Part shown: in pieces, positions 58,398-64,000 of the stretch | Layout of the letters: every line of letters begins with the position of its first letter | Position numbering within the stretch: the stretch's first letter is position 1 | NCBI GenBank assembly: GCA_965242565.1 | Contig: OZ251457.1 | Coordinates: 451,891-515,890, forward strand | Reading direction: 5' to 3' | DNA: 64,000 bases | DNA from: Dehalococcoidia bacterium | GTDB taxonomy: Bacteria > Chloroflexota > Dehalococcoidia > Bin125 | Made by a program: the position numbers and the translations under genes | Notes under the pieces: generated by a model | The model's database searches: none | What the model was told of the DNA's origin: nothing | The model's input: only the letters and a program-made list of their open reading frames with translations

Positions 58398-59960
58398 ATG
58401 CCAGACAGACGATTGCTCGAACTGTGGGGCCAACTCCAGGGCAAGAAGCCGCACTACGCCCACTTTCTGACTGAGGTCAGTCTGGCGAACATTCGCGGGA
58501 TCACGGACCTGCGGGTGCTGTTGGACTACCCAGTCAGCGTGATCGCCGGCGGCAACGCGAGCGGCAAGACCACGGTCTTGCTGGCGGCGGCATGTGCATA
58601 CCGTGTTCCCAACGCAGGCGTGAAAGACTTCGTGCCCTCAACGTTGTTTCCGGATTATCGACCGAAGGTCGGCGAGCGGGGAGATGAACGCCGGACGGTG
58701 ACGATTGACTTCGATTACGCCACGCCAGAGGGCCGACGCGCGATGCGTTGGCGCCGCGCGAGAAGCTGGAACCGCAGCTTCTTTGGCCGACCGGGGGGGC
58801 GCCAGCCGACCCGCCGAGTCTACCTGCGCACGCTGAGCAACCTGGCCAACCCGTCGGAAGTTCGCGGTGTGCTGGGCATGTCGCAGGCAACGACCGCACC
58901 GAACGAACAGCCGCTGACGGCGTTGCAAATCGACTTCGCCCAGAAGATGCTGCCGTTTCGTTACTCGGAAGTCGTTGACCTCACCAGCGGGCGAAAGAAT
59001 CTGCTGTTCGCCGCCCAAGAGGGCGGCGCCGCATACTCGGAGCTGCACATGGCGGCGGGTGAGCGCGCGATCCTCCGGCTGTCGCAGGAAATCGCCCAAC
59101 TGCAAGGTGCGCTCGTGCTGATCGATGAGGTGGAAGCCGGCTTGCACCCGTGGGTGCAGCATCTGCTGATGCTCCACCTGCAAGAGCTGGCTTTGCGTAA
59201 TGAACTGCAAGTCGTCGTCACCACGCACAGCCCGGTCGTGCTCGACTCGGTGCCTCGGAACGGCCGTATCTTCCTGGAGCGCGTCGACGATGGTTCGGTG
59301 CATGTCAGGCCGCCGTATCGCGATGTCGTGCAGAACGCGCTCTACGGGCGCTCCGACGACGCGCTCAACATCCTCTGTGAAGATGAGATCGCCGAGGCCA
59401 TGCTGCACGGTGTCTGCGACCGTGTCCTGCGGGCCGAACGAATTCGCCCGGAAACGGTCCGCATCGGGCGCGACACGGGAGCCGATGAGTTCCCGATGCA
59501 CGCGGCGGCCTTTCGCAAGTTTGGACAGATCGAAAACTTCGTGTTCGTTCTCGACGGTGACCGCCGCGACAGCGCGGTTGTGGATCGCGTGAAGAGCGAA
59601 GCGGGAAGCGCATTCCCCGTGCTCTTTCTGCCCAGGCGAGAGGCCCCGGAATGCTGGGCCTGGGAACGCCTTTCGGCATGCGTGGACGATCTGGCCGGGC
59701 CGCTCGGCATCGCCGCGGCCGACCTGCGCGATCTGCTCCGCCTGCAAGATCAAACCTACGCGTCGGCTACGGACAAGCCCGGCGAGATCGCCAAGGCGAA
59801 GCTGCGCGCGATCGGCGACCAGACCAATCGCTCCACAGCTGATGTCTGTCGTCACGTCGCCGCATCTGAAACCGATAAAGCGGACAGCCAAATCCAGCCG
59901 CTGGTTGCCGGGCTGCGCTCGGCGATCGAGGCTTGGCGCGCTGAGCGTGGCGGTTCCTAA
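58398..59960 (+). CDS. OLD-family nuclease (N-terminal ABC ATPase plus C-terminal TOPRIM), stand-alone (class 1)
   Basis: Walker A GGNASGKTT; signature-like MAAGERAILRL; Walker B LVLIDEVEAGLHP; H-loop TTHSP; TOPRIM-like E (ILCEDEIAE) followed by DGD (FVFVLDGDRRD). Confidence 0.6.
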   Translation: MPDRRLLELWGQLQGKKPHYAHFLTEVSLANIRGITDLRVLLDYPVSVIAGGNASGKTTVLLAAACAYRVPNAGVKDFVPSTLFPDYRPKVGERGDERRTVTIDFDYATPEGRRAMRWRRARSWNRSFFGRPGGRQPTRRVYLRTLSNLANPSEVRGVLGMSQATTAPNEQPLTALQIDFAQKMLPFRYSEVVDLTSGRKNLLFAAQEGGAAYSELHMAAGERAILRLSQEIAQLQGALVLIDEVEAGLHPWVQHLLMLHLQELALRNELQVVVTTHSPVVLDSVPRNGRIFLERVDDGSVHVRPPYRDVVQNALYGRSDDALNILCEDEIAEAMLHGVCDRVLRAERIRPETVRIGRDTGADEFPMHAAAFRKFGQIENFVFVLDGDRRDSAVVDRVKSEAGSAFPVLFLPRREAPECWAWERLSACVDDLAGPLGIAAADLRDLLRLQDQTYASATDKPGEIAKAKLRAIGDQTNRSTADVCRHVAASETDKADSQIQPLVAGLRSAIEAWRAERGGS

Positions 59961-60019
59961 CGACACGGCGTTTCCGCCCGATCGGTAGACTGTGCCACAG
60001 CAGCGACAGGAGGCGCGCA

Positions 60020-60346
60020 ATGGCCAAAGTCCACTACGACTGCACCATGCAGGAGGGGCAGGTCGGCAAAGAGACGCGGGCGCGGCTGGCCGACAGTCTC
60101 GCCGCCGTCACCGAGCAGACGCTCAGCGTGGCGGCGGACGACATCAGCGTCGAATTCTCCGACATCCCTCAGGGCTTCGCCTTCCGCGCCGGCGAGCCCT
60201 CCACCACCTCGCTCGTGCGCGGCTCGGTCGAGGGCGGGCTGGAGCAGCCCGTGCGCGTCGAGCTGATGCGCGCCATCTGCGACACCTGGATGGAAATCAG
60301 CGGCTGCACCGTTGACGAACTCGTCGTCAGCGTCCGCGACGCCTGA
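60020..60346 (+). CDS. Hypothetical small protein (possible tautomerase-superfamily fold)
   Basis: 108 aa; only a weak resemblance to the downstream gene. Confidence 0.3.
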   Translation: MAKVHYDCTMQEGQVGKETRARLADSLAAVTEQTLSVAADDISVEFSDIPQGFAFRAGEPSTTSLVRGSVEGGLEQPVRVELMRAICDTWMEISGCTVDELVVSVRDA

Positions 60347-60399
60347 GCGCGGGCTGGATCGGCTATCCTGACGGCGGACAACGACAGAGAGGATCGACA

Positions 60400-60807
60400 A
60401 TGCCGTATTACCGATGGCGGGTTCCCGAAGGCTCCGTGCCCTACGACACGCGCAGCGAGGTGGCCAAAGCGTTCACCGACATCCACTGCGGCTCGACCGG
60501 CGCGCCGCGCAGCTTCGTCCATGTCGAGTTCGCGGAGAGCAGCAAGAGCGCCGACGCCCCCGCCGGCGAGCGCTACTTCCTTGACGGCTTCAACCGCGCC
60601 GGACGCCCCGAAGAGGTCAAGCAGGCCCTGCTCAGCGACCTGCTCGATTCCTTCATCTCGATCACCGGCGTCGACCAGTCGGAGGTCGGCGGGCGAATCA
60701 ACGAAGGCCCCGCGTCCTGGACGATGGAGGGCGGCATGGTGCTGCCCGAACCCGGCGAAGAGACCGAGGAGTGGTACGCCCACGACGGCGTAGCCGCCGG
60801 CGGCTAA
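60400..60807 (+). CDS. Putative tautomerase-superfamily protein (Pro-1 enzyme, MSAD/cis-CaaD size class)
   Basis: Begins Met-Pro (MPYYRW...), 135 aa; speculative. Confidence 0.3.
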   Translation: MPYYRWRVPEGSVPYDTRSEVAKAFTDIHCGSTGAPRSFVHVEFAESSKSADAPAGERYFLDGFNRAGRPEEVKQALLSDLLDSFISITGVDQSEVGGRINEGPASWTMEGGMVLPEPGEETEEWYAHDGVAAGG

Positions 60808-60829
60808 AGCGCGGCGATCCCGCCCGAGC

Positions 60830-61321
60830 TCACTCCACCTCGTTCAGCCGCCCCGTTGCGCAGTCGTAGACGAAGCCGCGGATCTGGTCCTTGCTCGGGA
60901 CGAACGGGTTCGCCCGAATCCGCCCGATCGACTGGCGCACATCATCGTCGAGGTCGCCGAACGCCTCCAGCGCGAACGACGGGCGCAGGCCGGTGTCGGC
61001 CAGGATGCCGTCTTTCACATCGTCGTCGCGGAAGGTCAGCATCCCGCAGTCGGTGTGGTGGATCAGAATGATCTCCTCGGTGCCGAGCAGCCGCTGAGAG
61101 ATCACCAGCGAGCGGAGCGCGTCGTCGGAGACCACGCCCCCGGCGTTCCGAATCACGTGCGCGTCGCCCAGCTCCAGGCCGAGCAGGCCATGCACGTCGA
61201 GCCGCGCGTCCATGCACGCCACCACCGCCAGCTTGCGCGCCGGCGGCAGCGGCAGGCTGCCCTTGTCAAACGCCTCGGCGTAGCTCGCGTTGCGCTCAAG
61301 CAGATCGTCGGTTGCGGTCAT
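60830..61321 (-). CDS. Beta-class carbonic anhydrase
   Basis: CMDAR ... HTDCG zinc-ligand motifs; 163 aa. Confidence 0.75.
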   Translation of the reverse strand: MTATDDLLERNASYAEAFDKGSLPLPPARKLAVVACMDARLDVHGLLGLELGDAHVIRNAGGVVSDDALRSLVISQRLLGTEEIILIHHTDCGMLTFRDDDVKDGILADTGLRPSFALEAFGDLDDDVRQSIGRIRANPFVPSKDQIRGFVYDCATGRLNEVE

Positions 61322-61469
61322 TCCGGGTCCCTTTCCAGACGCGCAGCCGCATCCGGCGCGCTGCGCGCGGGCGAAATTATGGCAGATCGCGCAGCGCGGC
61401 GCACAGCCGTCGCGACCCAGCCCCCCTGCGGCACACCTACAATGCAGAGACCCGCAGCGAGGACAAGCG

Positions 61470-61916
61470 ATGACCACCGCCGACGCCGATCCCATCGAGA
61501 GCCACAGCGTTCACTGCGAACGGCTGCTGGCGCACGCCGCCCAGCTGATCGCGCAGGATGATCGTCTCCAGGCTTCGGAGAAAATCTGGGGCGCCGCCGT
61601 CCACGGCCTGAAGACGATCGCCGCCGAGCGCGATTGGCCCTACGACTACCACCCCGACGGTCGGGTGATCGCCCGCTACCTGGCCCGGCAATCCGGCAAC
61701 CGCCGGATCGCGCACCTCTTCGACATCGCCGAAGCCGCGCATCGGAATTTCTACAAGGATTTGCTCACCACCCAGGACTTGCAGGAGTACCTCGCGGAGA
61801 TCCGTGAGGCGCTCGAGCTGCTCAACGCCGCCCATCTCGCGTTGCCGTCCGACCTCTCCCCGCCGACCGACAGCCACTACCGCCGACGCCACAACCTAAG
61901 CTCCTCCGACGGCTGA
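61470..61916 (+). CDS. PaREP1-family-like protein (HEPN superfamily)
   Basis: ...SEKIWGAAVHGLKTIAAERDWPYD...AHLFDIAEAAHRNFYKD... matches the PaREP1 (PF05942) pattern KxWGAAxxAxKxxAxxRG...LHxNFYE. Confidence 0.45.
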   Translation: MTTADADPIESHSVHCERLLAHAAQLIAQDDRLQASEKIWGAAVHGLKTIAAERDWPYDYHPDGRVIARYLARQSGNRRIAHLFDIAEAAHRNFYKDLLTTQDLQEYLAEIREALELLNAAHLALPSDLSPPTDSHYRRRHNLSSSDG

Positions 61917-61988
61917 CGCTCGGCGCAGCGCGCCCGCGGGATGTCTACGCTATGCAGACCCCAAGCGAGGACGGGCGATGACCACCGC

Positions 61989-62420
61989 CGACGCCGAACA
62001 GATCGAGAGCCATAGCGTTCACTGCGAACGCTGCTGGCGCACGCTATCCAAATGATCGCTCAGGACGATCGCCTCCAGGCCTCGGAGAAGATCTGGGGCG
62101 CAGCCGTCCACGGCCTGAAGACAATCGCCGCCGAGCGCGGCTGGCCCTACGACTACCACCCCGACGGTCGGGTGCTCGCCCGCTACCTGGCCCGGCAATC
62201 CGGCAACCGCGAGATCGACCACCTCTTCGCCGTCGCCGAGCGCGCCCATCAAAACTTCTACAAGGACCAGATCCCGATCGAGGAACTGGACGAGCAGCTT
62301 GCCGAGATCCGCGAGCTGCTCGAGCTGCTCAACGCCGCCCACATCGCCCTGCCTTCCGACCTCCCTCCGCCGACCGACAGCCACTACCGCCGACGCCACG
62401 ACATAACCGCCGACATCTAG
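61989..62420 (+). pseudogene. Tandem paralog of the PaREP1-like gene, disrupted by a 1-nt frameshift after codon about 18 (intact from MIAQDD onwards)
   Basis: MTTADAEQIESHSVHCER then frame change; the downstream frame, 62052..62420, is about 80% identical to the first copy. Confidence 0.4.
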
Positions 62421-62429
62421 CTTCGCCGC

Positions 62430-62762
62430 TCACTCCTCCTCCGCACTGACCATTACCGCGTGACCGCTGCGGTGGACGCTCAGCAATCCGTTCGCCCCGA
62501 AGCGAAAGATCACCTCCAGCCCCTCAATCACCTCCGTGCGCCGCACCCCGCGCACGATCCAGCTGTGCGGCCCGCAGGTCGCATCCACCCGCGCGATCCG
62601 CGGCCAGAGCAGCAGACGCAGATTGCCGTTCTCGCTGCGGCGTTCGACCGACCAGATCGCCCCGACCCCGTCCCGATCATCCTGCTGCAACCGCGCCTCC
62701 GACCCGAACAGCGCACCAATCTCCGCGATCGCCTCCGCCGGCAGCCCGTCGTAGACGCTCAT
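62430..62762 (-). CDS. Hypothetical protein
   Basis: 110-aa ORF; 4-nt overlap with the rarA stop; no domain recognised. Confidence 0.3.
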   Translation of the reverse strand: MSVYDGLPAEAIAEIGALFGSEARLQQDDRDGVGAIWSVERRSENGNLRLLLWPRIARVDATCGPHSWIVRGVRRTEVIEGLEVIFRFGANGLLSVHRSGHAVMVSAEEE

Positions 62763-64000
62763 CTCTCTGCGCTTTCGCCATTTGCCAAGTGATCGCGCGA
62801 TGTCGGCTCGTAGAACACCGCATCCGCCAACTCCTCCGGCAGATGCGCCTGATCCGGCGGCAGCGCATCCTCGTAGTCGTGCGCGTACTGATAGCCCGCG
62901 CCGTAGCCCTGCGCCGCCATCAGACCGGTCACCGCGTTGCGCAGATGCAGCGGCACCGGCAGCAGTCCGTGCTCTTGCACCGCCCGCGCCGCCGCCGAAT
63001 AGGCCCGCATCGCCGAGTTGCTCTTCGGCGCCCGCGCCAGATAGACCGCCGCCTCCGCCAGCGGCAGCTTCGCCTCCGGCAGCCCCACGAAATGCGCCGC
63101 CTGCTGCGCCGCCACCGCGACCGCCAGCGCCTGCGGATCCGCCAGCCCCACATCCTCGGCGGCCAGAATCACGATCCGACGCGCCACGAACATCGGATCC
63201 TCCCCCGCCTCCAGCAGCCGCGCCAGCCAGTAGACCGCCGCCTGCGGATCCGAGCCCCGCACCGACTTGATCAACGCCGAAATCAAGTCGTAGTGCGACT
63301 CCCCGGCCTTGTCGTGCCGCAGCTGCCGCTGCGTCGTCGCCTCCACCGTCGCCAGATCGATGATCCGCTCGGCGTCCGCCGCGGCGAACTCGAGCGCGTT
63401 GAGCGCCACCCGCGCGTCGCCGCCCGCCAGACGCACCAGCGCGTCCAACGCCTCCGGCTCCGCCTCCACGCCCGTCCCGCCCAACCCTCGCTCCGCGTCG
63501 CCCAGCGCCCGCTCCAGCAGCGCGCGCAGATCATCCTCCGCCAGCGGCTGCAGCGTGTACACCCGGCTGCGCGAGAGCAGCGGCGAGATCACCTCAAACG
63601 ACGGATTCTCCGTCGTCGCCCCGATCAACGTGACCGCCCCATCCTCCACCGCGTGCAGCGCCGCGTCCTGCTGCGCCTTGTTGAAGCGGTGAATCTCGTC
63701 GATGAACAGAATCGTGCGCAGCCCCGCGTCGCGCCGCGCCCGCTCCGCCTCCGCGATGATCTCGCGCAACTCCCGCACCCCCGCCGAAACCGCCGACAGC
63801 GTCGCAAAATGCGAGCGCGTCCGCTGCGCGATCACCCGCGCCAGACTCGTCTTCCCGCTGCCCGGCGGCCCCCAGAAAATGCACGACGGCACCGCATCCG
63901 CCTCAATCGCCCGCCGCAGCGGCGCATCCGCGTCCAGCAGATGACGCTGCCCCACGCACTCATCTAGTTCGCGCGGACGCATCCGCGCCGCCAGCGGCGC
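62759..64000 (-). CDS. rarA: Replication-associated recombination protein A (RarA/MgsA), 5' end outside the window
   Basis: AAA+ Walker [14 protein letters not shown], Walker [17 protein letters not shown], sensor motifs and RarA C-terminal domain; the ORF is still open at nt 64000. Confidence 0.8.
   Translation of the reverse strand, partial: APLAARMRPRELDECVGQRHLLDADAPLRRAIEADAVPSCIFWGPPGSGKTSLARVIAQRTRSHFATLSAVSAGVRELREIIAEAERARRDAGLRTILFIDEIHRFNKAQQDAALHAVEDGAVTLIGATTENPSFEVISPLLSRSRVYTLQPLAEDDLRALLERALGDAERGLGGTGVEAEPEALDALVRLAGGDARVALNALEFAAADAERIIDLATVEATTQRQLRHDKAGESHYDLISALIKSVRGSDPQAAVYWLARLLEAGEDPMFVARRIVILAAEDVGLADPQALAVAVAAQQAAHFVGLPEAKLPLAEAAVYLARAPKSNSAMRAYSAAARAVQEHGLLPVPLHLRNAVTGLMAAQGYGAGYQYAHDYEDALPPDQAHLPEELADAVFYEPTSRDHLANGESAER

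Overview
High-GC (about 68-70%) bacterial chromosomal segment with a clearly mosaic, accessory character. Read from the sequence, in order: (i) the 3' end of a type I R-M specificity gene followed by an hsdM, then a hairpin cluster; (ii) a minus-strand glycolate-oxidase-like glcD / glcE / glcF operon plus an MBL hydrolase, with a PIN toxin and partner ORF wedged between glcD and glcE; (iii) four family-III CoA-transferase paralogs arranged divergently around a tandem array of three Phd/YefM-like antitoxin + PIN toxin modules; (iv) a membrane-anchored collagen-like protein (about 250 aa of G-X-Y triplets, five interspersed about 25-aa repeats, and a G14 homopolymer inside the ORF); (v) housekeeping and catabolic genes (enoyl-CoA hydratases, SDR, Crp/Fnr regulator, RraA-like, MFS transporter, HtrA-like protease, RlpA-like protein, SpoU methyltransferase, GIY-YIG protein, flavin reductase, class-III aminotransferase, glpK / glpD) separated by a family of mosaic MITE-like repeats that include 23-45 bp tandem arrays, an IS110-type transposase remnant and an IS30-family transposase; (vi) a low-GC secreted HExxH protein and a DUF192 protein; (vii) a tRNA-Met(CAT) immediately followed by a second, complete type I R-M locus (hsdR ... 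hsdS ... hsdM, minus strand). That locus is stuffed with extra genes: a three-fold, diverged two-gene cassette in which every copy carries its own copy of the hsdR 5' end; an RloC-like AAA_13 ATPase with a CxxC zinc hook; and a HEPN-like ORF plus a small ORF between hsdS and hsdM. (viii) Downstream lie a class-I aminotransferase, a YcaQ/AlkZ-like wHTH protein, a stand-alone OLD-family (ABC ATPase + TOPRIM) nuclease, two small tautomerase-like ORFs, a beta-carbonic anhydrase, tandem PaREP1-like (HEPN superfamily) genes with the second copy frameshifted, and the 3' part of rarA. The most unusual structures are the iterated hsdR-5'-end-tagged cassette inside the type I R-M operon, the G14 tract in the collagen-like gene, and the recombinant tandem TA array. 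Coordinates were anchored on the supplied ORF track; nucleotide-level positions, especially for repeats, may be off by 1-2 nt.
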